A DNA stretch of 64,000 bases from Podarcis filfolensis (GCA_964270895.1 OZ185435.1); one strand, 5' to 3'; counted from the stretch's first letter, positions 12,742 through 47,586 are shown. Notes: a model not told the origin generated them from the letters alone. A program made the numbers and translations.

Positions 12742-14579
12742 CTCTGAGTGATTCCCAACTGCTATGAAAATAGAATGATCATGTAAATTATAGCAAAATA
12801 GTATGAGGGCCTAACATAGCTCCATCCTGTTAGTGGGTGTGGTGATACAATTTAAAATTCTAGTGTTGTGCGGGGATGGGCAGCTAAATGCTGAATACTC
12901 CCCTTGCAACTGCTTTTCTCCAGTTGGACTTGCTTTCAGTACTGGAGCCCACTCTTGAGATGAGCGTGGGTGAGTTTAGCACATCTTGCCTGGTCTCCCA
13001 CTTTTTGTATTCCAAATTGTACCTTGCTTTGCACTTCCTTGGTGCTAAGGATGGAGGAATTTCTCAGTTTCACATTTTTCTGATCTTCAGATCTCCAAAT
13101 TTCTGCATTCGTTTGTGATTTTCTTTTCTTTCAAAAAGTCCTCATGAAATGTGAACAGAACTGGATTTCCCTCTCTATCCCCTCTTGCAGCAGATCTGCT
13201 TTCAGAGACACTGATCTATGGTCATTGCATGTCATTTCGATTGTTGTCATATAGCTCAATCTCATTGCTCCCTCTTCTCTAATCGAACTGGTTAAAAAGA
13301 ATCGGTTTAACAACTGGTGTTGTGATTACCATTCTATGCTAGGGTGCTGTGCTGTGTGCTACTTCTTTACGTTCTTTCTTAGTTTTTTCCATAAATCTAG
13401 AAATCCAACTCAATCTGTCCCATTAAAGAATACTAACATCTCATTTCTGCTGACATGAGCAAAGACTTGCTGGGAGGCGGGCAGGGTTTTTGGATGAGTT
13501 TTATGGGTATCTGATGCATAGCATTTCTTTGAAGCCTCAATGACCTGAAGATACTGGTGCTGAACTGATTTTGAGAGCCAGTCAGAAAGTGAAAGGCTGA
13601 TTAAAATCAGATGTTGCCTTTAAACTGAGCTCCCTTACATAAGCAAATTGTCGACAAATGACATCATGCTACTATAGAAATACTAACTCCTGTGCTTCAT
13701 ACTCTCTCACCCTCTCTCTCTCTCATTCATTTTAAAAACTTAATCATGAGTGCCTTGTAAAGTGACAGCAAAATTCCACCCCTAAAAAAAATGCATTACA
13801 GCATGAACAACTATTTACTGTTCAGAATAATTTTTTTTGATAGCTAAGCAAAAAGTATAACTGGTATCACAAACTACACAATGTTGTTAGATTGGGCTAA
13901 ATCAGAGGTATCCAAAGTTATGTACTATCTAAAGCATACAGTGTGTTTTGCATAAGGAATAGTTTGTCTCTGTGAACTTCTGCACATATTATCTTATACA
14001 AATTCAGCCCCTTCCTGAAATCCCTTAATTGGTGGCTTCCCACTGGCAGACCCAGGCTTGAGATTTGTCTACCCCAAACAAGTCATTAGGAATAAATGAA
14101 GGAGAAATCTCATGGTTATTCTAGAGTGAGATAAGCCATGAGTGCAGGTTCACACATAATGCTAAACTAGACAATGGTTTTAGCTAGCACAGTGGCCATG
14201 ATTTTTGCTCTGGGATTTTACATATCTGCTCCCTTACTCTAAGTAATATGAGAACTCAGTTTGTGATGAAGGCATTTCAATTCTTGGGGGGGGGCATAGT
14301 TTTTGAGGCTTAAAAAGTTATATTTGTTTTCAAATTTCCTCCCCAGTCAATCCATTGGAAGAAGGAAATCATCTGCATAAAAAGGAAAAGCAGTATTTCT
14401 TTCAACCTGACCAATGATCATCAGTTGTGTAGAAAAAAGCAGAAAAGTTTTCACTGACTATGGAGTTTGGTGGGCAAGGCTGAGAGGGACCATGCTAAGG
14501 ACTGCCTGAACGTGCCAGCTGCGGACGGAAGAGGTGGATGCAAAGAGGCACATTGAGCACTTGGAATGTTTTCTGTCAG

Positions 14580-14648
14580 GTAGCATCAAGGAGGGAGAGG
14601 CCACCCCAGCCTCAAGACGTGCAGCGTGAGACGTAAGGACCATCTCAG
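14580..14648 (+). other. Candidate 5' UTR exon of the TBC gene
   Basis: tgttttctgtcag acceptor and strong CAG|GTAAGG donor in a locally CpG-richer patch; splicing to 16383 places an in-frame TGA (14627-14629) upstream of ATG 16391. No transcript evidence. Confidence 0.35.
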
Positions 14649-16390
14649 GTAAGGCCTTCCGTGTTTCATCTGCAGCATTCACTTGTTTCATTTCCTGTGA
14701 ATGCTTATGTGGATTTAGTGCTTTTGACAGAGCAGAATAAATACTGAGGCTAAATAAAGGGTTACCATTATTTAGGGCTTCCAGCTTGTGTACTGACCTA
14801 CTTAGGATACTCTAAAGAAAGAAAGGGAGACTCAAAAGGCTGAGACTTCTGCTATTCCTGGACTTTTTCAGTGCAGGTAGAATCTCATGATGAAAGAGAC
14901 CCAAGTTTTTGCTGCTCTACAGTTTTTCACCCAATTTGCGTGCCTTTTTCTGCTGGGGAGGTCTACCCCAGGAGGTTTGAAACCAGTTCTGAAACACCTC
15001 CATTTTCTGTGATCAGCTGTCATCCTTCACAATCCTGGCAGCATTTGTACCACACAGAGTTGGCCGCCATTTCATAATGTTCTGCTTAACCTATTCATGG
15101 ATCAGGTTAGGTGGAAGAACTTACTCCTGATGTTAACTATCTGTTCTTTCCAACCACATAACCAAATTTATTGTGCGTACGGGAGTGTACCTGTCATGAG
15201 CCCTACGGAGACCTCTTGGCATGACTAATCAGAAAGAGAGGAGAAATAGGATAAGAGGGGCAAGCTTGTTGTTTGGGAGAGGCCCGAGTAGTCTTATCAG
15301 AGGACACCCCCACCCCAGTGGTGCCAGATATTCCAACAGAAGATGGAGGTGCATCCACTACCCTCCCTCATGAACCGATGGCAGTCTTGTATTTTAGTAT
15401 CTGGTTGCAATTAAATTCCTGTAAGGTGCACAGGGGATTTCATAAATGCAGAATAGGTGCTAAAATATATCTTCCGTGCCACCCACCCCTTCAGAGACAT
15501 TTTTCTTGCCCTAGGTATCCCAAGACTAGAAGTAACCCATGCAAAATGAAAAAAATAGCCAAAAGAAATGGCTTAGGACTAAATTTTAGTTGAGAGAGGT
15601 GTTCAGCACTCTCCGTTCTTGTTTATTTTTAATTGCCCTTCAAGCCCGACCTCTGCTTTATGGGAATTTGGTGCGGCCTGTATTCTAACACAGTGGTTGT
15701 GCTGTCATCTCATGCAGTTAGACTGGTATAAGTGAACGACAGGATAAATTAACTCTGGTTTTTATCTTGAACAATTCTGGACTGGTAGCTTTCTGTCTCT
15801 ATTTAAAAAGCATTATCAACATGTTTGATTAGGAGAGTGTCTAGGATTGCAGTTGCGTTCCCCTTGTCATCACAAGTATGAGTCACAGTTTCAAGTCAAC
15901 CCTTTCCTGTTGTTTTATTGCTTTTGTAGTCGCTTTGTTTATCTTTTTTTTTTGCTATGTTTGTTTTATACTATTGTAAGTGGACTTGAGTTGGCATATT
16001 GTTAGATATAATGGAATATAATTTTCATTGTAAATCAATAATACTATACGTATATTCCTATCTGTAGAAAAATTGATAAATGTGATTGAAAACCTGGAAA
16101 GATTTTGAAGGTGCTGCTTCTTGCAATAATTACCTTTAGTTGCCTGTCTTTTTCTTGCTGGTGGTGATTCCCCCCTCCAAAAAGCTTGAGTTGTGCAATA
16201 TGAACTCAGTATATATTTTATTGGATTTTGCACCTTAAGCCTGTTATTTAGCTTTAGGATAGGGTTTATGGCTTTTAGTTGTAAGTGAAGCCTTTTTCTA
16301 TTAGCACATTTGCCCCCCTCCCACCCTCCCTGCTATGACTGCTGCTTATAATGTCATTGTTCACCTTTTCCTTTTCTTGCAGCCTTTGAC

Positions 16391-37010
<20,620 letters not shown>

Positions 37011-38118
37011 TAGAGCTGAGAATGAGGAGATTAAGGTTTCACAGCGCTTATTCATGAGAGGTTTGGAATGAGAAAGCACAGCCTAAGGAGGCAACTGCAT
37101 TGCCAGTCATACTGTATGCCAATAATTCAGGATGGAGCTTAGAATACAGGCCAGTAGACAATGCCTGTAGATGGATTCTTTACAAATTTGGGTTCTCCTC
37201 TTCAGACAGCTCCCAAAGTGCTTTTGAATCCGGCTTTTCATCTCCTCTTTTACACCCGAGTAGATGTCTAACAGATTTAACCTGACAAAACCATTTGAAC
37301 TATTTCTTTCCAAACCCTTACAGCTGAAAATTTAAGGTGAGCATTAGAACACCAGGGAGGTGGAAGGAGTCATTTAAGGAAGCAGGCGGACCACTCAGCT
37401 GTAGGTTTGGGCCAGTAGCACATCTTTTCAGTAGCAATAGTGGTGCGGCTCTTCTGTTTCAGTCTAGCAGCCAGTGTAGTCCTGTAAATTAAGCAGTGGA
37501 TGATTCATGTCAGGAAAGTTAGCTTTTACAGCATCTATGCAATATCCAGCACACATTGTTCATGTGTGTGTTCTCTTGCAGTGAAACCAGGCGACTCAGC
37601 ATGCCTGTTCTTTAGCTCCCTCACTTGTTTGCACTGATGAGGATTCTCAAAGATTAGTAAAAATATTTCATGCAGAGGAATGCTTTTCTGTTGAGTTGAA
37701 CTGTGTGATGTCCTGCACATAGAGAGCAAGTGTAGTTTCTGAAAGAAGCCAAGGTGGTGGGCTGGATTCCATGTAGCTCACCAGGGATGGGTTCATGTCC
37801 TTGGGCCACTTGCATCACCAGGAGGGGTGACTGTGGCAGACAGAAGAACTGTAGGAGGGTCTGTCTACCCACCTCTCCCTCTGTATTTTTCCTGTGCAGA
37901 TTCTGGAAGTGAGCTGGCTCACAACCATGCATGTGACTCAAAAAAGCTTCTGTAAAGAGGGGCTGTGCACTTGTACAAAAACGAGAACTGCTCTGTTATT
38001 CTTAGGCTGTTGGCAAACCACAAGAGTCCCTTGGAATTGACACTAAGGATACCATTTCCAGCCGAGCCTTGTGGAAAGCATGTTGGAGATGATAGGAAAG
38101 TCATCACAATTCTTGTGA

Positions 38119-38192
38119 ATGTTTACACAGACATAAGCCCACTGAGTTCATTGGAGCTTACTGCTAAGTAAGTGTGCATAGGATTGCAGCCT
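38119..38192. repeat. Short quasi-palindromic interspersed repeat (taggattgcagcct family)
   Basis: Reverse complement aligns with 60371-60446. Confidence 0.6.
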
Positions 38193-41100
38193 TTACTTTC
38201 CTAGATCCTTGATGCCATTCTTTGCCCATTTGTCTGTCAACAAAATGCAAAGTGGCCAAGACAGAAAACATAGCTTTAGAAGATAGCCTTTTCTAGGAAC
38301 GTAAGGTGTGCTTTAAGAACGTGTATAGTCCTAAAAACTATAGCTTTAGAAGGGAGCTTTCCTAAGGCCTGGTTCTTCAAATACAAGCTTATACTTCATG
38401 CCCGACCTTCTTTCCAGAGCTGTTGTCAATCAGTATATGCCCGCAGCCTTTTCAATGGATTATCCAAGAAATGCCTCCTTAAACAGATGTCTGGTTTGAA
38501 GTGAAGGACTGGATAGTGCACAGTTGCTTGTTTGAATGGTCTATTGCTTTTTAATATTTTTACCTAGAAGTGAGGGAGCAAAGCAAGCAGTCTGCAGCTG
38601 GCAATCCTAACTTCCCTTTGCTAACCACAAGGAGAGGTTACTTGTTTAGCCCTGGGAGCCAGGAATTCTTCTAATGTCACAGTAGCTTTGTTTATGATTT
38701 TAGGGGCTTGTATAACTTCTTGTCCGCCTCTTCCTTTGGTGAGATGGGGAAGAGGGAATAATAATCCTTAATTCTTACCTCATGGGGTGGTGTGAGGCCT
38801 AATGATTAGTTAGTTCTTGCAGTGTTCTTGAAGGAAGAGAAGAATGGCGATGGGGGAAGACAAAGATTGTGCTTGTGTGGAATTTTACATTTTACTTCCC
38901 TAACTGCTGCACAGTTGTTGAAAAATGTTTGTGTATATCAATCGTTCCAGGATAGTATTTCAAGGGTAATGACTGGTAAGTCTTCATTTTGCTCATTGGC
39001 TTCTAGAACAGAAAGAAAAGTGTTGAAAAACGGTTGATATCTAGGTTAGTTTTCCCTCAACGCGCACAAGACTCCTGTTTGCTGTAGTTGGAGCAAAGGT
39101 TAATAGGAAAAAGATGGGATCCTGTTTAGTCAAATATGTGTTCATTCTACCAGTCTGATCTTCCAATTTCTGTATATTTTTTAATTTGTACCTCCATTTT
39201 CAGTCTAACAAGGTACGATCAGAATTAAGGTCATCATGCAATACATTCGTTTTAAAGGTGCTTATCCAGAAATATTTCACAGCTGTCAAATGCACATCCC
39301 AGTTAGCACCTACATGCCTTGAACTTGTGACGCACATTTTCCACAAAAAGAATTGCTAATGGACAATATATGCTCTAGCTAATTGCAGTAGGACAGCCAA
39401 TAGTTACCTTAAGGAAAGGCGACATTCCAGGCCCCTGCTGAGCTTTAGAGCACTGCACCCTAGTGGAAACAGCAGATGTTGCCTCAATTAGATCTTTGGC
39501 TACCAGACAGCCAGAGAGCAGGACTATGGCCCAATTAAAGTTTAAGATTATTTTCCAAAAATTATTATCAATGCATGCCATACTCTTCCTTGTACAACTC
39601 CTGGCTTCAAAATGTTCATCTGTTTCCTGGGCTGCAGGTGTGCTATAACATGTGGTCTCAAAATCAGCTGTTTAATTTCTGGAGCACTATATGGTTCAGT
39701 AATAGACTGGTACGATGATGAGCCACGGTGCCTATCTGTGTGCATGTCCTTTTTCAAGCAGCAGAACCAAGCTGGCTGTTGTTGTTTCGTTGTCCTAGCT
39801 TTTTTTGTGCCCCTGTCTACTGCAAACTCCCAAAGAACTGCACAAGAATCAAGGGACACTTTGAAACAAAATGAACTGTAACAGAGCAGACTCTGGACCA
39901 AATATACTCTACGAACTAGTCACTTTCCTCCACCCATTGGCTTTCCAGCTGTTTCTTTTGGAGCCTTTCCTTTTCTCTTGATTCATACTGGGGCATTCAT
40001 GGTCCCTCTGCCCCCCCCCAGCCCCCTCTGGTCATAAGCCTGTGGCAATGAGCTGCTTCTCTTAAGGGATTCCTTAAGAATCTTGGGTTACTTTTTGTCT
40101 TTATATTGATTGCATATGCTGATCAGATTGTTTGCATCTTCAGAAGAAAAAAAGAATTGCAATGCATGCAATGCGATAAACTTTCAACTTTTCCTTACAA
40201 TGGGAGGGGAGTACAAATGTGAGTTAAGGGTAAAGGAGTTCTAAAATGACAGTATCATGGCCTGATTTGCTGTGAACCAAGGAGGACAAGTCATTTTTCT
40301 CCATGCAGTTGATCAAAAGATGCAGGATTCTTTGCTGGGCTACTCTCCTTGAAACACAGCAAAATCCAAGAAATGTCTACAGTTTTATTTAATCAGCGTG
40401 CTTCTTAAAAGGGGCAAATCCTCAAAGAGGAGCAGACTTTATATCACCTTCTTAAGGCATGACACTTCTCAAGCCAATAACTTGAGCAACCCACAGATCA
40501 CTGCAAGGGGGGGTGAACCTCTGTAAGGAGTTGCAGCAGACATTAACCATGTGTAAGGTTACTAGGAAAATGTATAAATCAACTCTCTGGTCCTACCCAA
40601 AGTTAGGTAGATACCTAGAGGAGAAGGCAGGCTATCCACCCATCTTGTTTATGCTTTAGAGGTGTAACTGTCTTATTTACATTATAAATGTAAAATGTAA
40701 CTTTACATATAGGAGTTGGTCACAGTGCATATTGTACTTTGAAAAGGCATTCAGATAATAACAGTTGTGCAGGTATTAGTAAAACCTGGATGAAATAGTA
40801 ATTAATGTTAGATGTATTTAAAATGTACGATTTCCCTAGGCAGTACAGCCACCCAGGTAAAAACTGATAAACAATGCCTACCCAGTAGGATCTCTGATGT
40901 TCATATGTGCAACATTCCCTGTGTGCAGCATTCTCATGTTAAAACCCAGGTGGAAGCATTCTCTATCTGCAGTTATTGTCTAAATCTCTTTGTTGAGGGA
41001 CTTTGTTGTCAAGCTCATGCAAACATTCTTCTCTGCCAGTGGCCTGGTCCAATTCTAGTTTGGAAGCTGCTGTTTCAAACTGGAACAGTAGAAAGGAGGG

Positions 41101-42627
41101 CACGGTACTTGGTTTCCCTTGCTGATTTACTCCCCCCCCCCAAAAAAAATCCCTCAAATCCGAGCAACCTCTTTCTTGGAAATGGCACTGGGACCAAAGC
41201 AAATGTGAGAGTGACAAGGGGCATAAGAGAGATTACCTTGGTGTGCATGCCTGAAATTCTCCACCCTAAATTTTAGTTCAGTGTCACGTGCAGATAGGAA
41301 ACCAATTTGATTCTGCTCTAACAGCACAATTAAATTTCCTGATGAAAAGACCTTTGAGACATTATGGAAGTGGACCAGAATGCTAAAGAATTCATCTGGA
41401 TGCCTGCAGCAAAAAAAGAGGATTAGATAATGCAAGAGTGTAAAACAGACTCCAAACAGGATGCAAGAGGGACTAGTACAGTGCATCTTATGTGGAAAGG
41501 TAAGAGAGGGTATTTAACCAAGATAGTAGTTTTTCATCACACCATCTGTTTTTCAGGTTCTCTCAGCTGGAGAGGACTAGTGAGGAGTTAGAAAAGGAGC
41601 AACTTTTTGTCCAGTATTCTAGCAACATTAGGGATGCCCTTGTACAAACTAGACTGCCATATGCAGAAAGCTACTTGGATTTCAACGGTATCTAGTTTAG
41701 GCACTATTTTACATGATGTTTTGTAAGCTTAATGCTTCCTACTTTGGGACAACAATGCATTTACCACCTCTAGTTGCGAAGTGAGCTCTAGAGAGGTTTG
41801 CTAGTGGTATTTTTCTTTTGATGCCATTATTTCCTATTCAGGTTTGCCATCTTTTGCTATAGGAGCATGCCCACTGTAAGTCAAGACAGGACAAGTACAA
41901 TATCTCCCTTGAAAATAATGTGTGTGCTTGGTGGGGGCTGTGGAATATTCAGTGCAAAGACGCTTACTTGTGCAAGTAGGCCAACAGCAACTTCACCTGC
42001 TCTATAGCAAACAATGAATGGCTCCTACAGCCTTCCTAAGTAAGGGGAATGGAGCTGGTATTTCTTTAGGAACTCAGGAAAATACTCCCTCCCCCCACCC
42101 CAATCCCCAAATGGTGTGCATGTAGCCGAGATGTATTTAGTTTTAATGTTCAGCTAGGGGGTGTTGGATCAGATCCAACACTTTTGAGCAGAAACAGTAC
42201 AGCCATGTGGCAGAAATTCAGCATGGAGGTTCTGGAAACTCTTCCATTGTTGAAACTTGTAACCTCTGCAGTTCAGTAGATTGGTCCTTTTGTGCACTTT
42301 GATCGCTCTGCTGCCATTGTCTTTTTTTATTATTACATTTTAATTGCTATTCTTGTTTACACTTCTTGAGAGCTTCCTCTGTAACTCCGTGTATTGTATT
42401 ATTGCTTTCATGCCTTTTTATGTATATGCTTGGGGTGGGGGGTGGGTGGGAGGGAAAACAAAAACCATTCACTTTTTTTATTCTGATCCAGAAGGACTGT
42501 ACAGTGTTCAAATGCTGTGTTTTACATGGTTGTAATAACAGTTAAATTTTAGCACAAACGGCTGCAAATTGATTCTGTAATTTGACACGTGTGGATTTAT
42601 TTCTCACATCCCTTCTTGTGCTGAGCT

Positions 42628-42660
42628 CTTGGGCTGGGCTGGGCTGGGCTGGGCTGGGCT
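42628..42660. repeat. (GGGCT)n pentanucleotide repeat
   Basis: Directly visible. Confidence 0.9.
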
Positions 42661-43519
42661 AAGCCACTCAGCTAGAGAGCGCCAAGAGTTCCCATGGGCA
42701 CTGGGCCTCTTCCTATGGCTGCTGGAAGAAGTTAGATGGGGAGAGGAGGGGAACTAGAAGTTATTCACCATTGTTCATCCTATGAATCTTACTTAGAATA
42801 AATTTGGCCTAACTATTGCAGCACCAGGTATGCCAAGCCTGAAAGGTAATATTTGTATCCAACATGAAACACTGCTAGATCACTGCTTGTCAGCACTATT
42901 CCCTTGGCTAAGGATGTATTTTGCTTGGAGACACTCTGTAGTAGCTGGGGAGCAATGATTTCAGGTAATCTTTTGCTGGGATGGTGCCAAAACTTTGGAG
43001 TTGCCTTCATGTGGACAGTACTATAAGCTTTTGTGTGTGTGTGTGTGTGTGTGTACCCCTGGATGGCTACTATCTTTTCTGGGCTAATGGCAGGCAAATT
43101 CTAGTTTTCTGCTTCTATACTACTTCACGCTAAGAATATGCAATAGTTGTAGGCTGTGACCTGTGACCCGATAAACCAAGACAATTGTCTGCAAGTGGTG
43201 GGTCATGTGGGTCATGACTCGCTGCTGCACAACAGCCTGACTGGACTTGGGTCACAACAGAACCACATATATATAAGCTTTAAAAATACAAAGGAATGGG
43301 CCCCTAAATGCACAATTGAGCTTCTGGTTCTGAAAAGGTAGAACGCTACTTAAAGTACGGCAATAATTTACAAGGATGGCAATAATTTGCAAATTCTTCA
43401 GTTTTACAGATTATTCCCCTCTACAGTGCAGATCAGATATCAATCACATGCATCTCAGATGGATTTTGTGTTTTCTTCCATAAGCAGCTAATTTCAGCTT
43501 TGCTCTTTGTTGCTGATAC

Positions 43520-44170
43520 GTAAAGGTCTATAAAATTATGCATGGCAGGGAGAAAGTAAGTTTTTTCTCCCTTGTTAATACTAGAACATGAGATCATCCA
43601 ATGAAACGGAATATGGGAAGGTTCAAGACAAAAGGACATAAACGGAATCCACTACCACAAGGTATTGTTAGCAATGGTCAGCAAGACTGATGGCTTTAAA
43701 AGGGAGCTGGGCAATTTCATCGAGGATAAAGCTATTAATGCCATGATAGCTGTGTACTATCGCCAGTATTGGTGACGTTATGCCTCTGCATACTACTTAA
43801 TGGGGAGCAGCAGTGTGCAGAGTGCTGCTGGGTTCCTGTGCTGCTTCTAGGTTTCTTGTAGGCATCTACAAGAGAGCTAGTGTGGTGTAGTGGTTAAGAG
43901 CGGTAGACTCGTAATCTGGTGAACCGGGTTCACTTCTCCGCTCCTCCACATGCAGCTGCTGGGTGACCTTGGGCTAGTCACACTTCTCTGAAGTCTCTCA
44001 GCCCCACTCACCTCACAGAGTGTTTGTTGGGGGGGGGGAGGAGATTGTTAGCCGCTTTGAGACTCCTTGGGGCAGTGATAAAGAGGGATATCAAATCCAA
44101 ACTCTTATCTTCTTCATCATATTCATCTGATTGACCATTGTGAGAAGAGGATGCTGGACTTGATAGTCCT
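43520..44170 (+). mobile_element. CR1 LINE 3' fragment interrupted by a Squam3 SINE
   Basis: ggtctataaaattatgcatggcagggagaaagt...ggctttaaaagggagctgg...ggcatct resumes after the SINE as gattgaccattgtgagaagaggatgctggact. Confidence 0.75.
43871..44122 (+). mobile_element. Young full-length Squam3 (B-type) SINE
   Basis: gagagctagtgtggtgtagtggttaagagcggtagactcgtaatctggtgaaccgggttc head, CORE ctgggtgaccttgggctagtcac, tail aaatccaaactc(tct)n. Confidence 0.88.
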
Positions 44171-47100
44171 CATGTCCGATACATGTCTGCTCTAATGTTC
44201 TTAGGCAATAGTAGCCGATACAAAAGATGTGTACAACATGCGGGTCCTTGAAGATGCCTATTGTGTTATTGGTTGCCATGTTGGTCTCAAGCGAGGAAAA
44301 TCAAAATCAGTTAAATAATGCATATCTTTTCCCCTCAGTTTTAAGTTACTGGAACTGTATGCAAGTGCAGTGGGGAAACAGCAACTGCAATGTTTATATT
44401 ACTGAATGGGCTGTGAAAATCACTGCCATTGCTGCTCTTTTTCTGCAGCTTGATGCAGCGCCTTGTGAACCTTGGAAGTTTGCATATTTCAAGTGCCATC
44501 GATGAAGGCTGCTTTTGAAATGCTTTGAGACATTTCTGTGCTCACAGTGTGGGTGTCTTCACACTGTCGCCATTTGTGCTGACAGCTTTTTAAAGTGTGG
44601 GTGTGAACCACAGAGGAGGCTCCACAAGCACGTATTCGCCTCTGAATTGCTTGCTATGTGAGAGAGGAACCACGTGGAAGCAATCTGAGAGGGAGGGCAC
44701 AGGTGTTTGAAACACACTAAGCTGCTTGGGGAGACTGAAATCTTTATTGAGAGATTCTCAAAACAGCAATCATCAGATACTTGTGTTGAATGGAATATTT
44801 GGTTCTAAGGATAGGGTACTTTAAAAAAAAATCCTTGAGTTTAATGTAAGCCTAGTTGCCACAACCAACCACTGCTGTGTCTGCAGTTCAGACATAGCGG
44901 GTAATTTAATTCACTGCACAGAAACTAGGAAGTTGGGAAGGCGGCTAGGTTACAATCTTTCCCTCCATCTGTGCAACTTTTTCCTATGGAGGAGTTCCAG
45001 CATGTAAGTCTGTCTTTGTGGCTGAAGTGGGATATTCCAGGTGCACGTTTACTGTCTTAGTTGGCTAAAAAAGAAAAAAAAACTTTGCCACTAAACGTCC
45101 AGTGAATGTGTTTAGGTTAACGGAAATATCCTGCTAATTTAAATGAAAAGATATAACTTAAGAATTCTTGCTGTGCTCACTGAAGGATTTTATGTATCAC
45201 AGGAGTGTTTTAGCTAGTACTTAATTAGCATTGCTTGCTTAATAAGCTAGCTTCTACTTTTGCAGAACCAGCTGGAAGTGTCGTTACATTCGCCTTCTCT
45301 TAATAAGCACACTGTGTGCCATGACATTCTCCTACATATCAGCTCCCTTGAAAGCAAGAGGTGCTCCTTACAATTCATTCCTTTAAGCTTTGAGCAAGAA
45401 ATGCTCTCACAGGGCTAGGACCAAAGTGCAAATTTAACTTCTCCGTGCAGTGTCTGTCCTCCTCACAAATGTTTCCATAGAAAGTGGAACAGGAGACAAC
45501 TTGCAGAGAGACTTCCCTTACCAAAGGAAGATGAAGGCAGAGACTGCTGCAGCCACAAGAGGGCACTACCCCACCCTGCTTAGACATTTTGGATTTTTAA
45601 AATAGTTTTTCCATGTTATGACTTGTCTTCAAGTTCGCAATATATTGTTTTCAAGCAAACCAGAACATCTGGAATAAGCATGACTACACACACCTCTTTT
45701 GGGGGTGGAGGTGGGGGGGTAGAGAATCCTCTCTTTTAGACTCTGCACTACTGAGTTTGAACATGAGACTTTGGACAACAGCAGCAACATTCTGAACTGG
45801 TTCAGAGGGAAAGTGCTAACTGCACTGGAGGCCCTCAAGACTTGTACATCCGTCGTTCACATGAGTTTTGCAACCTGGTGCTCCAATTATTTTTTTTAGT
45901 GGTAGCCAATGTTTTCCCCCGCCCTTTGTGAAGAGTTCCTGCCTGTGTTGCTAATCAGTCAATGAGTCAGTCCTGAATAATGGCTGCTAAGTAGGGCCTG
46001 GAGTGGACTTAGGCCCAAGCATGGCTCTTTGTCCTATTTTTAACTTAAACGCAACAGCAGGGAAAACAGAACAATAGTGAAGCCTGTTCATCAGCCCAGC
46101 TGTAGAACCTATGTTTTTCCTTTAGCTTGGACAATTTTAACCTATCATTAGTCTGTTCTGTTAGATACATTTCTATCATAACAGGCTAGAACTGCATATA
46201 GCAAGGAGGAAAAATTCACAGATGAAGGTTGCGGCTGTTCAAGCCTGTGATTTAGATTTAAATGTGGGTTTTCTCACTCATCTTTTAGGGTTTTTTTTTT
46301 TGAAGCTTGGCAGTAACAAATGAGCCAGTTCCCTATGCCAGCTCTTAGGTGGATTTCTCCAGCTTGGTTGAATTCAGGAGCAAGGCGGGCTATCCTTGAC
46401 AGAAAGGAATTTCTTCTGCTTTCTAAAGGGATCCAGCATCAGTTCCATAAAGAAAAAAAGTCACTCACTTGGATTCACATGCAGTAACCCCTCTTCCCTA
46501 AGTGTGGGGGACTCTTTCACCCTCAAACTTCAATTATGGGTTGGAATAGTACTGTACTAGCAGACCTTTAGAAAACAGGAAGGCATAAGGGCCTTGTCCC
46601 ATTTGTTGTCTTCAGAATCCTAGTGCCAGCTGCCTGCATGAAGACCACCATCAGGGCAAAACTAACGTTCGCCTTGTCAGATTATTCATGCCTCCTTCTG
46701 CACATCTGTTGTGGTGGGACTGTGGTGATATAGCAGTTTAGACAACCTCACATCATGCTTACCTCACTGTAAAAAAGGTATTCAAGGAACCAAAAAAAGT
46801 ATCAAAGGAACAATAGCAGCTTTGTGCCATATTTATTTCTCCCTTCATCATACCCCTGCTACAGGTGCTTGTTTAACAAATGGCAGAACTATAGAGGCTG
46901 CCTCTGTCCTCAGCTCTGAATCACTAGTTGGATATCTGGCCACTATCTGCTGTCCAGGTATGTGTACACACCTATGTGCCCATGTATCTCAGTCTATAAC
47001 AGCAGACCTATGTACAAAGATGCTTTCCCCACCAAATGCCATGCCAAACTGAGATAATGAGAAGTAATTGCAAAGAGCCCCATAGGAGATCCTGCTCACC

Positions 47101-47580
47101 ATTTCTGCTTTTGTAGTAGCCTCAAGCAAGTGTTCATTTGTAGCCTTGTTAAGGTTGCATGATCCAACAAACTTGTAGCATGGGGTGAGGAAACTAGCTT
47201 TCTCCATGTTGCTGGGAGCTGTAGATGGCCACAAGTTCTCTACCCCTGCTGTAGAGAATAGAAGTTATCCACAAAGGTAGGAATAATAATAATTTGTCAA
47301 GAGAGTATGCAACTGTATTGAGTCATCTTTGTTACCAAGCAACAGCTATCCCTCTCCCAAAGACAGCCTCGGTTCAAGAAGATCAACCATGGAGGTGGGA
47401 CTAAGGACAGATTTCTGAGCATTTGTTTTCAAGAGTGAGAGCGTGTAGTCCTATCTTCAGATGCAGCACAAAAAGGTGACTTAATACTCTGCAAACTTTA
47501 GAAAAAAGGCATCAAACCAGCGAGATGCAACATGCAAATAGTCAACTTCAAAAATAAACACACTTTTGAGAACAACACTT

Positions 47581-47586
47581 TTTAAT
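47581..47586 (-). promoter_or_regulatory. HRAS: HRAS distal poly(A) signal ATTAAA
   Basis: ATTAAA followed by aagtgttgttctcaaaagtgtgtttattttt (GU/U-rich downstream element) at the end of a U-rich 1.5-kb segment. Confidence 0.6.

Larger units (their letters stand above)
37011..42810 (+). other. Putative long 3' UTR of the TBC gene (end uncertain, about 42.55-42.82 kb)
   Basis: I found no AATAAA between the stop codon and 42797-42802; U-rich, TGTA-rich segment at 42320-42560; few recognisable repeats. Confidence 0.4.

Noticed and set aside
15193-15390. Possible Gypsy/DIRS LTR fragment starting tgtcatgagccc
   Set aside because: Only a vague resemblance; no second terminus or TSD found.
40812-41276. 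154-aa ORF, and likewise 33175-33561, 51566-51946 and 53776-54261
   Set aside because: Cys/Leu-rich random-like composition, no motifs, no supporting exon structure.
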